A stretch of DNA of 64,000 nt, from NCBI GenBank assembly GCA_048938855.1, contig JBHLLT010000009.1, positions 43,955 to 107,954 on the forward strand, written 5' to 3'. Source of the stretch: Promethearchaeota archaeon. GTDB lineage: Archaea; Asgardarchaeota; Lokiarchaeia; Sigyniarchaeales; SOKP01. This document shows, piece by piece, positions 9,539-18,661 of the stretch. Under the pieces are notes generated by a model, which ran no database searches, had not been told where the DNA came from, and saw nothing but the letters and a program-made list of their open reading frames with translations. Made by a program: the position numbers and the translations under genes. Numbering within the stretch: the stretch's first letter is position 1; every line of letters starts with the position of its first letter.

Positions 9539-10048
9539 GTGATTATTTCTTCAATTGCAGGATTAATCTCAGGTACAGTCCTTTCATTTAGTAGAGATCT
9601 ATTATATACCATTCCATTGATGCTTTTAATAATTCCTGCATTAAATTCATTAATAGGTGATATGGCAACAGTTTTGGTTTCAAGATTAACTACACATCTA
9701 TATATCGGAACCATACCTCCAAAAATTCAGAAATCGAAAAGACTACTAGAAGATTTTTATGGTTTAATTATAACTCTTTTGTTGAGTCTGGCAGCTCTGC
9801 TAGTAATAGGTTATGTAGTTGGTATTATCTCTGGTATTAGCATTATCCATCCATTATTAATGATTTTTATTATTACATTTACTATTTTATTAATCTTTTT
9901 TATTATGTTTGTTACAATGTTTATAGGTGCTATATTCTTATTTAAACGAGGAAAAGATCCTAATAATTTTTTAATTCCATTTGTTACCTCCTTATCTGAT
10001 TTTCTTACGCCATTTTTCTTAATTCTATTTATAATAATATTTATATAA
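9539..10048 (+). CDS. MgtE/SLC41-type transporter, membrane half 2 (frame open from 9497)
   Basis: PALNSLIGDMA and GKDPNNFLIPFVTSLSD motifs; same frame as half 1, separated by one TAA. Confidence 0.85.
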   Translation: MIISSIAGLISGTVLSFSRDLLYTIPLMLLIIPALNSLIGDMATVLVSRLTTHLYIGTIPPKIQKSKRLLEDFYGLIITLLLSLAALLVIGYVVGIISGISIIHPLLMIFIITFTILLIFFIMFVTMFIGAIFLFKRGKDPNNFLIPFVTSLSDFLTPFFLILFIIIFI

Positions 10049-10067
10049 AATCATAATTATACCAAAA

Positions 10068-11339
10068 GTGAGTGAAAAAAACAATATGACTAAGCTTAGT
10101 AAAAAATTTAAATATAAGCCACTTTCTCTTAAAGATATAATCCGTGAAATGAAGCAAACTATTGATTTAATGATAGATCTGGCTTATAGCGCTATTAAAT
10201 TTGGAATTAAGGAACTTGCTGATGAAGCATATAAAATGGAACAAAGAGTTCATGAACTTACTTTTTTACTCAATTTTCAAATTATCCAAGCACATCCCAT
10301 AGGATTAGATGAAGCAAAAGAGCTAGAACCCATAGTAGTTATGGGATATGCAATTGATAAAATTTCTGATGCTCTATCTGACATTGCAAGAGTAGTGTAC
10401 ATTAATACTGATATATCTTATTTTAGTCAGTTATTTAGTGATATTAGCTATGTACCCGAACCAATAGTAAAAATAACTGTAAGCAAAGGCTGTGAGTTTA
10501 TTGGACAAAATAGAAAAGAGATCCATTTCAGATCCAAACATGGCGTTGATTTAATAGCAATACGGAGAGGAGATAAATGGCTTTTTGACAGAGATGAAGA
10601 GGTATTAAAAGATGATATATTAATTGTTAAGGGGGAGATACAACCGATTATAGATTTAAAAAAAATGAGTATGGATTTAGAGCCTTTTTCCTTTGATATC
10701 GAAGAAAAGGAGAAAGAAGACCTACTCGATCTTGAAAATCCCGAAATTTGTGAAAAGGTGGAGGAAATTCAGAGAAATTATGTTTTAGTAACAGACATAT
10801 CAGAGACTATGATTGAACTAGCATTAGCAGCTTTATTTTTTAATAATGAAGAAGTTGCTGAAGATGTATTAGAGATGGAGGAACTTATGGATGGGTTAAA
10901 TATAGCTTTTGAAAAAGATCTCCTTGATTTAGCAAAACTAGTAGAAGCTCCTCGAGATCTTACGGGTATTATGAGAATTGTGTTCAGTTGTGAACTTATA
11001 GCTGACTCTGCAGCTCATATTGCTGAAATAATTATTAAAGGATTTGAGCCACATAGAATATTACAACAAGCAATTCGAGAGACTGCAGAAATAGTAGTTC
11101 GAGAAACATTATCCGAAGATTCTTATTTTAAAGATAAAACATATAAGGAATTGCAAGATAAACGATACAAGAGAGGATTTCACATAATCGCTTTGAAACG
11201 AAAAGACAAATGGATATATCGATTCAAAGATGATTTTATTTTTGAAGAAAATGATCTCCTTATAGGATTGGGACCTCTAGAAACAGTTATGCAATGGAGG
11301 CGATGTGTAAATCCCGAAAAATATAAAGATGAATCTTAA
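10068..11339 (+). CDS. PhoU + TrkA-C (RCK_C) duplicated-domain regulatory protein
   Basis: Two repeats of a PhoU-like helical unit (LMIDLAYSA / TMIELALAA) each followed by TrkA-C (GVDLIAIRRGDKW / GFHIIALKRKDKW). Confidence 0.85.
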   Translation: MSEKNNMTKLSKKFKYKPLSLKDIIREMKQTIDLMIDLAYSAIKFGIKELADEAYKMEQRVHELTFLLNFQIIQAHPIGLDEAKELEPIVVMGYAIDKISDALSDIARVVYINTDISYFSQLFSDISYVPEPIVKITVSKGCEFIGQNRKEIHFRSKHGVDLIAIRRGDKWLFDRDEEVLKDDILIVKGEIQPIIDLKKMSMDLEPFSFDIEEKEKEDLLDLENPEICEKVEEIQRNYVLVTDISETMIELALAALFFNNEEVAEDVLEMEELMDGLNIAFEKDLLDLAKLVEAPRDLTGIMRIVFSCELIADSAAHIAEIIIKGFEPHRILQQAIRETAEIVVRETLSEDSYFKDKTYKELQDKRYKRGFHIIALKRKDKWIYRFKDDFIFEENDLLIGLGPLETVMQWRRCVNPEKYKDES

Positions 11340-11353
11340 CTGGAGAGTTTGAA

Positions 11354-11749
11354 TTGAATGATTTATTAGAAGTTAGACATATTTCTGAGAAAAAAGGTAG
11401 AGGGGTATTTGCGAAAATTGACATTCAAAAAGATACTATTATCGACATTGCCTATGTTGTCCCAATTCCAAATAAAGATTATAATAAGATTAGAAAAACA
11501 ATTTTATATAATTATTGTTATATTTGGGAAGATCCTGAACATATGCCTGCATTTAGAAATGCTATAACTTTAAGTATAAGTCAATTTATCAATCATTCAT
11601 TTGAACCAAATGTTAAATATCTTTATGATTATGAGAATAAAGCAATTGAATTTTCAGCTATAAGAGATATTACTAAAGGCGAAGAAATCTTAGTAAATTA
11701 TAATGGACTCGTAGAAGATCAAAGTCCTATGTGGTTTGAAGTAGAATAA
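11354..11749 (+). CDS. SET-domain protein-lysine methyltransferase
   Basis: KGRGVFAKIDI, FINHSFEPN, RDITKGEEILVNY. Confidence 0.9.
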   Translation: MNDLLEVRHISEKKGRGVFAKIDIQKDTIIDIAYVVPIPNKDYNKIRKTILYNYCYIWEDPEHMPAFRNAITLSISQFINHSFEPNVKYLYDYENKAIEFSAIRDITKGEEILVNYNGLVEDQSPMWFEVE

Positions 11750-11855
11750 TAAATTCTTGAATCTTAAATACTATAGATTACTTTTCTTTATAGAAAAAAT
11801 TAATTAAAATACATATTTAATTTCAGAATCGATAAGTACTCGATCAGTTAATTCA

Positions 11856-12251
11856 ATGGATAATCTAATAGAAGTAAGATTTATCTCAGAACATAAAGGA
11901 AGAGGAGTTTTTGCAAAAATTGATATAAAAAAAGGAAAAATAATTGATATAGCTCACATAATCCAAATTTCTGACCATGATTGGGATTTACTCGAAGATA
12001 CAGTCTTAGCAAATTATTCTTTTGAATGGGACGATCCTAAAGATAAAGGAGAATATGACTCTGCAATCTCACTAAGTATTAGTCAGTTCATAAATCATTC
12101 TTATAACCCTAATGTTAAGTATCGTTATAATTATAGAGAAAAAACAATTGAATATATTTCAATTCGAGATATAACTAAAGGGGAGGAAATTACTGTAAAT
12201 TACAATGGAAGCCCTTTTGATGAATCTCCCGTATGGTTTAAGATAGAATAA
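11856..12251 (+). CDS. SET-domain protein-lysine methyltransferase (tandem paralogue)
   Basis: KGRGVFAKIDI, FINHSYNPN, RDITKGEEITVNY; same length as its neighbour. Confidence 0.9.
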   Translation: MDNLIEVRFISEHKGRGVFAKIDIKKGKIIDIAHIIQISDHDWDLLEDTVLANYSFEWDDPKDKGEYDSAISLSISQFINHSYNPNVKYRYNYREKTIEYISIRDITKGEEITVNYNGSPFDESPVWFKIE

Positions 12252-12252
12252 T

Positions 12253-13122
12253 TCACTTTTTCCTCAAGGATTTTAGTATTTTTAGGTTCATTATATCTTC
12301 TTTCATATCTTTACCTTTCGGCGTTTCTAAAATCCCTGGCATATCCTTAAACCGATCATCATTAATAAAAAAACCAAATGCTTTTTTTCCTATTTTTCCT
12401 TGGTCAATATGAGTATGTCTATCTACTCTCGACCCACACTCTTTATCTGTATCATTTAAATGGAAAGCGAACAGGTATTTTAAACCAACAATATCATCAA
12501 ATTCCCTCCACATTTCTTCATATCCTTTTTTAGTTGTAAAATCATATCCAGCTGCAAAAGAATGAGCTGTATCAAAACAGATTCCAATTCGACTTTTGTT
12601 TTGTATTTTATCTATTATAGTTTTAAAATGATGGAACTTATTTCCTAATCCTTTCCCTTGTCCTGCAGTGGTTTCAAGTAATATAACTGCCTTTGATGAT
12701 TTTGTAGCTTCCATTAATTTATTCAAATAATCTGCAATTTGAGTAAATGCCTCTAATTTTGTGATTTCATTCTTATCGCTTACTGGGATTACTCCAGGGT
12801 GCATATTTTCATATTCAATTTGTAATTGGTCTACTTTGGTAAGCTCATCTAGCATAGCATCATATGATTTCTCTAACTTTTCTTTATCTAAGCTCGCTAA
12901 ATTTACCAGATAACTGTTATGGGAGATTACAGGCCAAATTTCATATTTTAGTTCTTCTTTTTTATTTATAAAATTATCAATTTCTTCTTGTTTTAAAGGT
13001 CCAGAAGACCAACCTCGGACATTTCGGACAAAAACTTGAATTGCTTCACATCCTAAATCTCTAGCGCTCTCAAACGCTAAATATTTGCCACCAGAAACAC
13101 TCATATGAGCTCCGATTCTCAA
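12253..13122 (-). CDS. nfo: Endonuclease IV (AP endonuclease)
   Basis: GAHMSVSGG, HNSYLVNLAS, HPG, LLETTAGQG, CFDTAHSFAAGYD, HLND, DRHTHI, ILETP. Confidence 0.95.
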   Translation of the reverse strand: MRIGAHMSVSGGKYLAFESARDLGCEAIQVFVRNVRGWSSGPLKQEEIDNFINKKEELKYEIWPVISHNSYLVNLASLDKEKLEKSYDAMLDELTKVDQLQIEYENMHPGVIPVSDKNEITKLEAFTQIADYLNKLMEATKSSKAVILLETTAGQGKGLGNKFHHFKTIIDKIQNKSRIGICFDTAHSFAAGYDFTTKKGYEEMWREFDDIVGLKYLFAFHLNDTDKECGSRVDRHTHIDQGKIGKKAFGFFINDDRFKDMPGILETPKGKDMKEDIMNLKILKSLRKK

Positions 13123-13263
13123 TGAAATCTCCTAAATAATTTATAGTAAAACATTATATATAAAAATGAAAAAAAAAAGAATACTTTATCCATTATAAAG
13201 TAAATATTTCAAGTTTTAAAAAAAAATTTGAAATTTCATAATTAAAAATTAAAAGGTTTTACT

Positions 13264-13839
13264 TTAGATTTCTTTTTGCAACAGTTTAGTTGTCTTTAGA
13301 ATATTAAATCCAAGAATTTCTGCATGTTTTAACCAGATCTCTTGCTTTAAAACATCACCTGGCTTACTAGCTACAGCTTTTACTCCACATAATTCCCCAG
13401 GGACACAAATAATTCCACACGAAAGCATCCATGCGTAAATAGCATTAATTGCTAATGTTTGACCTCCTGATGTTCCACCACCAACCGCAATAGCTCCACC
13501 TACTTTCCCTTCTAAAGGTTTTTCAGCATCTACTGCGTAATGTCTATTTAGTAAAGTAAGCAATTGGGCACTTATATTTAGGAAATGAACAGGACTCGAG
13601 ATAATAATCGCATTACACCAGCGAAATGCATCGTAAATCCCTTGCATATCATCATTAATAATGCATGTACCCGTTTCTCGACATGAATTACATGCCTCAC
13701 ACGGTTTGATTTTTAATTCACTTAAAAGATATGTTTTGATTTTCCATCCGTCATTTTCAAAAGGTGTGAGAGCATATCTTAAAAGAAGTTCACTATTCCC
13801 TTTCTTTCTTGGTGTTCCTGATATTCCAATAACATTCAT
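13264..13839 (-). CDS. Iron-sulfur flavoprotein / flavodoxin-like FMN reductase
   Basis: GTPRKKGNS, PCEACNSCRETGTCIINDDM, SSPVHF, AVGGGTSGGQ. Confidence 0.9.
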   Translation of the reverse strand: MNVIGISGTPRKKGNSELLLRYALTPFENDGWKIKTYLLSELKIKPCEACNSCRETGTCIINDDMQGIYDAFRWCNAIIISSPVHFLNISAQLLTLLNRHYAVDAEKPLEGKVGGAIAVGGGTSGGQTLAINAIYAWMLSCGIICVPGELCGVKAVASKPGDVLKQEIWLKHAEILGFNILKTTKLLQKEI

Positions 13840-13932
13840 ACTTTTTTTACTTTCTTTTCAGCTCATGGCTATATTATATTTCTATCATTAACAAAAGAGA
13901 TCTTATCTAGTTTGAGTCAAAGTTCCTTTATA

Positions 13933-14016
13933 TTAACAACATGAACTTTTAGATTCATTATCTTCTTTTTCTTCCTTTGTACTTTTTGCACAACAATCTG
14001 AATCGTTATCTTCCAT
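13933..14016 (-). CDS. 27-aa acidic peptide with two Cys-Cys motifs (not in ORF track)
   Basis: Read by hand: MEDNDSDCCAKSTKEEKEDNESKSSCC-stop; GAGGT Shine-Dalgarno-like site about 7 nt upstream of ATG. Confidence 0.6.
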   Translation of the reverse strand: MEDNDSDCCAKSTKEEKEDNESKSSCC

Positions 14017-14066
14017 TTTATTTACCTCTATTTTAGAAATTTTTTTTTATGATTATTAGTTGTTTG

Positions 14067-14124
14067 ATAGTTAGGAACCTAACTATTTAAAGGTTTCGTC
14101 CCTAATTATTATGATCCTAACTAT
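14067..14124. promoter_or_regulatory. Probable MarR operator: palindrome ATAGTTAGG-AA-CCTAACTAT plus degenerate second copy
   Basis: Perfect 9-bp inverted repeat at 14067..14086; 16/20 copy at 14105..14124; lies upstream of the CC-peptide gene. Confidence 0.65.
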
Positions 14125-14173
14125 TAAGAAAAATCGAATTTGAAATAAAACTACCAGATTCTAAAAAAAATTA

Positions 14174-14635
14174 TTACAATCTTAGAGAATTTAACAATTT
14201 CTGTAATAGTTCGGCTAACTTCTCTATTTCATCTTGATTAATTTCTGGACAGCAACCATTTACTATTGAGTTTATTGGAGGGGTAGTATTTTTCAATTTT
14301 TTGCCTTTTTCTGTAAGTTTAACGAGAGTACTTCTTCTATCTGCTGGATTTTTTTCTCGTTTTACTAATTTATGTTCTTCCATAGTATCAACAACCCCAG
14401 TGATTGTGGATCTTGTGCAATCACATGAATCTGCTAACTCTTTAAATTGCTTTCCATTATTCCTCCATAATTCTCTCAAGATTAAATGCTGAGTAGGAGT
14501 TAAATTTAGTTCTTTAATATTTTTGCGTTGTAGTTTTTCATATTTCTTATTTATCTTGCTAATTAGTTCAAAAACATCTGCAGTCTTTTCAGGACAACAT
14601 TGGGAATTGTTGCTGTTCTCAGAATTTTCTTTCAT
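14174..14635 (-). CDS. MarR-family transcriptional regulator, Cys-rich
   Basis: LTPTQHLILREL, ELA, STITGVVDTMEE, DRRSTLVKLTEKG; Cys motifs SQCCP, SCDC, GCCP. Confidence 0.9.
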   Translation of the reverse strand: MKENSENSNNSQCCPEKTADVFELISKINKKYEKLQRKNIKELNLTPTQHLILRELWRNNGKQFKELADSCDCTRSTITGVVDTMEEHKLVKREKNPADRRSTLVKLTEKGKKLKNTTPPINSIVNGCCPEINQDEIEKLAELLQKLLNSLRL

Positions 14636-14798
14636 TTTAACAACTTTATTATTAGGTACTTAATAGTTAATACCCTTATTAAAGATATGGTTATAGTGCT
14701 ATATTAAGTTTTCAATCCATACATTGAAGAATCTTTAGAAAATATTTTATATATTTTGATGTCTTCTTTATTGAGTGATTATTATTAATTAATCCAAA

Positions 14799-15464
14799 TT
14801 GAAATATCAATTCAAAGCTATTATGAGTGAACTGCCTCAAGTTCAAAAATTACATGAAGAACAAATTGAAGAAGCAAGTAGAGTACTTGGTCGAGCTTTT
14901 CAAGATGATCCCTTATTTGCTTACTGCATTCCAGATCCTACTGAAAGAAAGAAAAAATGTGCTATTCATTGCAAATGGCTTATTTTACTTGGGTTTTTGA
15001 CTGGTGAAGTATATTCTTCATCCAATGATATTGAAGGTGTTGCTATTTGGCATCCATATGATATAAAAGAAAAAAATGTAGAAGAACAACCTAAGGAACT
15101 CTTGATAAAATTGCGAAAAGTGAGAAAAGAACTATTCTCTGATGCTTTATACTTAGAAAGAGTAACTAATTTTGAAGAAATAGCAAATTCTTTTCAAAAA
15201 GAATGTGTGGATTTTCCTCATTGGTATCTAACTATGGTGGGAGTAGACTCTAATCATCAAGGTAATGGATACGGCAGTAAGTTAATAGAAATTAGATTAA
15301 ATAAATTTGATAATAATAACTTACCGTGCTACTTACATACAGAAAACGAAAAAAATATTAAATTTTATGAACAATTTGGATTTGAACTTATTGGAAAAAT
15401 CAAAATCCCTGATTCAAATGTTGTTTTTCACCCAATGCTCCGAAATAAGAAAAAAGAAAATTAA
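14799..15464 (+). CDS. GNAT N-acetyltransferase
   Basis: HWYLTMVGVDSNHQGNGYGSKL, NIKFYEQFGF. Confidence 0.85.
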   Translation: MKYQFKAIMSELPQVQKLHEEQIEEASRVLGRAFQDDPLFAYCIPDPTERKKKCAIHCKWLILLGFLTGEVYSSSNDIEGVAIWHPYDIKEKNVEEQPKELLIKLRKVRKELFSDALYLERVTNFEEIANSFQKECVDFPHWYLTMVGVDSNHQGNGYGSKLIEIRLNKFDNNNLPCYLHTENEKNIKFYEQFGFELIGKIKIPDSNVVFHPMLRNKKKEN

Positions 15465-15467
15465 TAA

Positions 15468-17198
15468 TCAAAATTCGTGGCTATCTAATCTTTTCCAAAA
15501 CGTCTTTAATTCATCAATTTCAAAGGAGTATTTTAACTCTACAGGGTGTGAGGGTTCTTCCCTGAAAAATTTTGGTAAGGTATTCATTTCTTGAGTAATT
15601 CCTGCTTTCTTATTAAAATCAAGTTCAGTTCTAATAATATCAATACCCATTTTAATTATATCCTCTCTTGTTAGAGTTAAATCATACATAGCATTAATTG
15701 CTTTTGTTATAATTTCCATGTTTTCATAACTAGGACCAATAAAATAGCAACAACCCATTAAATCCATTACAGCTGTATAAATCTGTAGTTCGAAAGATAA
15801 ATCTAGTTTGTTATCGTTTTTAGTTAATTCTCCATAGTCCTTATGAAGACTTGGAACACGGTTAGCGATAGCTGCTCCTGCTGTATGGTCCGCACCCATA
15901 GGTGAAGTAGCATAAGTAACCCCCATTGCTTTAAAAACTCTACTATCATACGCTGAGATTCCTTGACCTTTTACTTGTGGAATTCGATCGGCATTGAGGT
16001 TTTCTCCTATTATTTTAACACCATTTCCATAAAACTGTCCAACTTCAGTATTATATCGAATTTCTTTATCTAAAATTTCAAAAACTTTTTCAGCATCTCC
16101 CCAATCTATTCTTCCACACTCCATAGCTACACCTACTGTTCCACCAAATTCAATAGTATCAATGCCTAAATCATCACATAAGTGATCTATTTTCGCTATA
16201 CTATCTAAATCATCAATCATCAAGTTGCTACCGTTTAACGCCATAGTTTCATATTCTAAACTTGATGTTATATGATTCCCTTGTTCATCAACCACTAAAT
16301 TTGAGCATTTAATTACACATGTTGGAGAACAAGCTAGTCTCTTTTTACCTCCTCTCGCAACTACAAGTTCATGTAATTTCTCTCCTGAGATGTTTTCAAT
16401 CTTATCATAGGAACCCATTCTAAAATTCTTTGTTGGTATCCCTCCATATCCACTCATGGGTGCCATCATCATAGGTGTACCGAATATTGAAAACTTCTCT
16501 TTAGCTTGAGCTAATTCTTTCGCAAAAGGGGTTGAAACTTCTCTAAATTTTTTTAAGTCATAAATATTAGCTTTTGATGTTTTTGGAGGTTTGATTACAA
16601 TTGCTTTGATGTTCTTTGAACCCATAATAGCCCCTAATCCCCCTCTCGCAGCATGTCTACTTGGATATCCTTCTAAATCATTTGCTCCTACAGTAGCAGA
16701 TTTCATTAAGTATTGCCCAGCAGGACCAATAGAATAAATTCCAATTTTTTTACCATATTTTTGTTGTAATATCGAATGGAGTTTATAATTACCTATATTA
16801 TTATATTCCTCAGCGTTTTCTAAACTAATACCATTATCATCAATTAAAATAAGTTTTAATGAAGGTGAAATACTTTCTAAAATTAATGCTCGTATACCAT
16901 GTCTAGCTAACATCATAGCAGGTTTTCCTCCTAAATTAGCTTCCTTTATTCCATTTGTTAATGGACTTTTCGCTCCAACTGATGTACGAGCAGAACATGG
17001 AAATGGAGATCCGGCGAGAAGACCATTTGTAATTATTAATTTATTTTCCTCTCCCAAAGGATCGCAAAGAGGGGCGACTTCACTATAGATTATAAAAGAA
17101 CTTAATCCTCTTCCACCAAGTAAGAAATATTTCGAATCTGGAGTAATTTCTTCATTTTGAATATTTTGACTCTCAACGTTTATTCTTACTATTTTCAT
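15468..17198 (-). CDS. Aldehyde:ferredoxin oxidoreductase (W/Mo-pterin AOR family)
   Basis: GGRGL, KSPLTNGIKEAN, ARGGLGAIMGSKNIKAI, LEYET, CDDLGIDTI, ATSPMGADH. Confidence 0.92.
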   Translation of the reverse strand: MKIVRINVESQNIQNEEITPDSKYFLLGGRGLSSFIIYSEVAPLCDPLGEENKLIITNGLLAGSPFPCSARTSVGAKSPLTNGIKEANLGGKPAMMLARHGIRALILESISPSLKLILIDDNGISLENAEEYNNIGNYKLHSILQQKYGKKIGIYSIGPAGQYLMKSATVGANDLEGYPSRHAARGGLGAIMGSKNIKAIVIKPPKTSKANIYDLKKFREVSTPFAKELAQAKEKFSIFGTPMMMAPMSGYGGIPTKNFRMGSYDKIENISGEKLHELVVARGGKKRLACSPTCVIKCSNLVVDEQGNHITSSLEYETMALNGSNLMIDDLDSIAKIDHLCDDLGIDTIEFGGTVGVAMECGRIDWGDAEKVFEILDKEIRYNTEVGQFYGNGVKIIGENLNADRIPQVKGQGISAYDSRVFKAMGVTYATSPMGADHTAGAAIANRVPSLHKDYGELTKNDNKLDLSFELQIYTAVMDLMGCCYFIGPSYENMEIITKAINAMYDLTLTREDIIKMGIDIIRTELDFNKKAGITQEMNTLPKFFREEPSHPVELKYSFEIDELKTFWKRLDSHEF

Positions 17199-17350
17199 AG
17201 TTGAATTATAGTAGCTAAATTTATTTTATCTTTACCTTTATATCGTTTATAATATTTTAAAATATTAATCTACCTTCTAGTAAATATAATAAGTCAAAAA
17301 TACTATTAAATTTCTGAACTTGTTATAAAATTATTGGTGCTTTCTTTAAA

Positions 17351-17638
17351 TTGATTATTTATGGTCGAAAATCAAAGAATGGTGAATCAAAGCAGAAAAA
17401 AAGAGAAATCCTTAAATTTGTCGAAGAATGTGAATTGTTCATTAATTTCTTCTTAGGAAAAAATAGAGGGAATGCATTTACAACAAATGTTTTAATGAAA
17501 AAAACAGAAATTATTGTTCAAAATCCCGAATTAATGGAATATTTATCAAAAAATATAAAGGAAATACTGGAACGAATGGTTAAAAAGGATTTTGCCAACC
17601 ACATTGAAAAAAATGGGGTATTCTTCTTCCTTCTTTAA
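17351..17638 (+). CDS. Hypothetical protein (possible winged helix)
   Basis: 95 aa, TTG start; helical with a C-terminal beta-hairpin-like segment. Confidence 0.4.
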   Translation: MIIYGRKSKNGESKQKKREILKFVEECELFINFFLGKNRGNAFTTNVLMKKTEIIVQNPELMEYLSKNIKEILERMVKKDFANHIEKNGVFFFLL

Positions 17639-17656
17639 TATTAAATATATTTAATC

Positions 17657-18520
17657 TTAATATTTTCGATTATTATTCTTTTTTTTAGGGATACCATTAG
17701 AACATGAAACTCCTACTTGACAAAGACCACAAGCATAAATATCTATTCCATAAGTTTGATTTATGAACGGGATCGTACTTATCAAATGTGAAGAGCATTT
17801 CATTTTATCATGACCTTTTTCAAATGTTATAGCATTAACCGGGCATCTAGAAATACAATCAACACATTCAAAGCAAAATTGATAAGGATCTTTTGGGCGA
17901 TTAACTGCATCAGATGGTAGTTTTAAATCAATTATCATGCTTCCACACCTCATCGCTTTTCCGCGTGGATTTATAAATCCATCGGATAAGCCAAATGAGC
18001 CCATTCCTGCGGCATAACAATTATGTCTATGAGACCAATTTGAGGCCCAAATCTCTTTGTTAACTTTAAATAATCTTCTATCAAGAGTAGGAGCGAAAGC
18101 ATTAATTTTTAGTTTATTTAACTCATCTACTAAAAATACTTGGATTTTCTTATTACATTCTTCACCAAAAAGTCTTGTATTAGCCCATCTTTCTGATGGC
18201 ATAGTTTTAGAAAAAACTAAATTTTCCTTTTTAGTTTTTTGGTTGATTGGAAGAATATAAGCAACCACACTTAGATTTTTATTTTCAAATTTGATATGAT
18301 TCATTTTACAATACCATCTATAAGCCTCAGAAGGAGTTAAATGAAATTCACCAATAATTTTTTTATAATCATAATAAATTGTATCATTTCCATCAGCAAT
18401 GCCAACAAGCACATTCGGTTCGTATATAAATGAGCCATCGACTTTATTCATTCTATTACTCTCATCATCTTTTAAGAATCCATTGATTTTGTCAATAAAC
18501 CATTCTTTATTTATATCCAT
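17657..18520 (-). CDS. QueG/reductive-dehalogenase-like 4Fe-4S protein
   Basis: WSHRHNCYAAGMGSFG, CFECVDCISRCP, CGLCQVGVSC. Confidence 0.8.
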   Translation of the reverse strand: MDINKEWFIDKINGFLKDDESNRMNKVDGSFIYEPNVLVGIADGNDTIYYDYKKIIGEFHLTPSEAYRWYCKMNHIKFENKNLSVVAYILPINQKTKKENLVFSKTMPSERWANTRLFGEECNKKIQVFLVDELNKLKINAFAPTLDRRLFKVNKEIWASNWSHRHNCYAAGMGSFGLSDGFINPRGKAMRCGSMIIDLKLPSDAVNRPKDPYQFCFECVDCISRCPVNAITFEKGHDKMKCSSHLISTIPFINQTYGIDIYACGLCQVGVSCSNGIPKKKNNNRKY

Positions 18521-18661
18521 ATTCTTAATCTCTATGGATTTCTTGATATTAGTTTAAATCTCAAGTTTTTAATTATTAATTAATTTTGTTCTTAAACTAA
18601 AAATTATTTAAAATATTGGACTAACTAAAGAAATTTAATCTTAATTTAATTTTATAGAATT

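Noticed and set aside
11354-12251. Direct repeat similarity suggesting a mobile element or array
   Set aside because: It is a tandem gene duplication of SET genes; no transposase, terminal repeats or spacers.
13840-13866. In-frame ATG-AGC-TGA upstream of the flavoprotein, possible selenocysteine extension
   Set aside because: The flavoprotein is complete from its own ATG; the UGA is not at a conserved Cys position and I could not identify a SECIS.
13933-13941. C-terminal CC of the 27-aa peptide as a Rab-type prenylation signal
   Set aside because: A second internal CC and the Cys-rich MarR context favour metal binding; no prenyltransferase evidence here.
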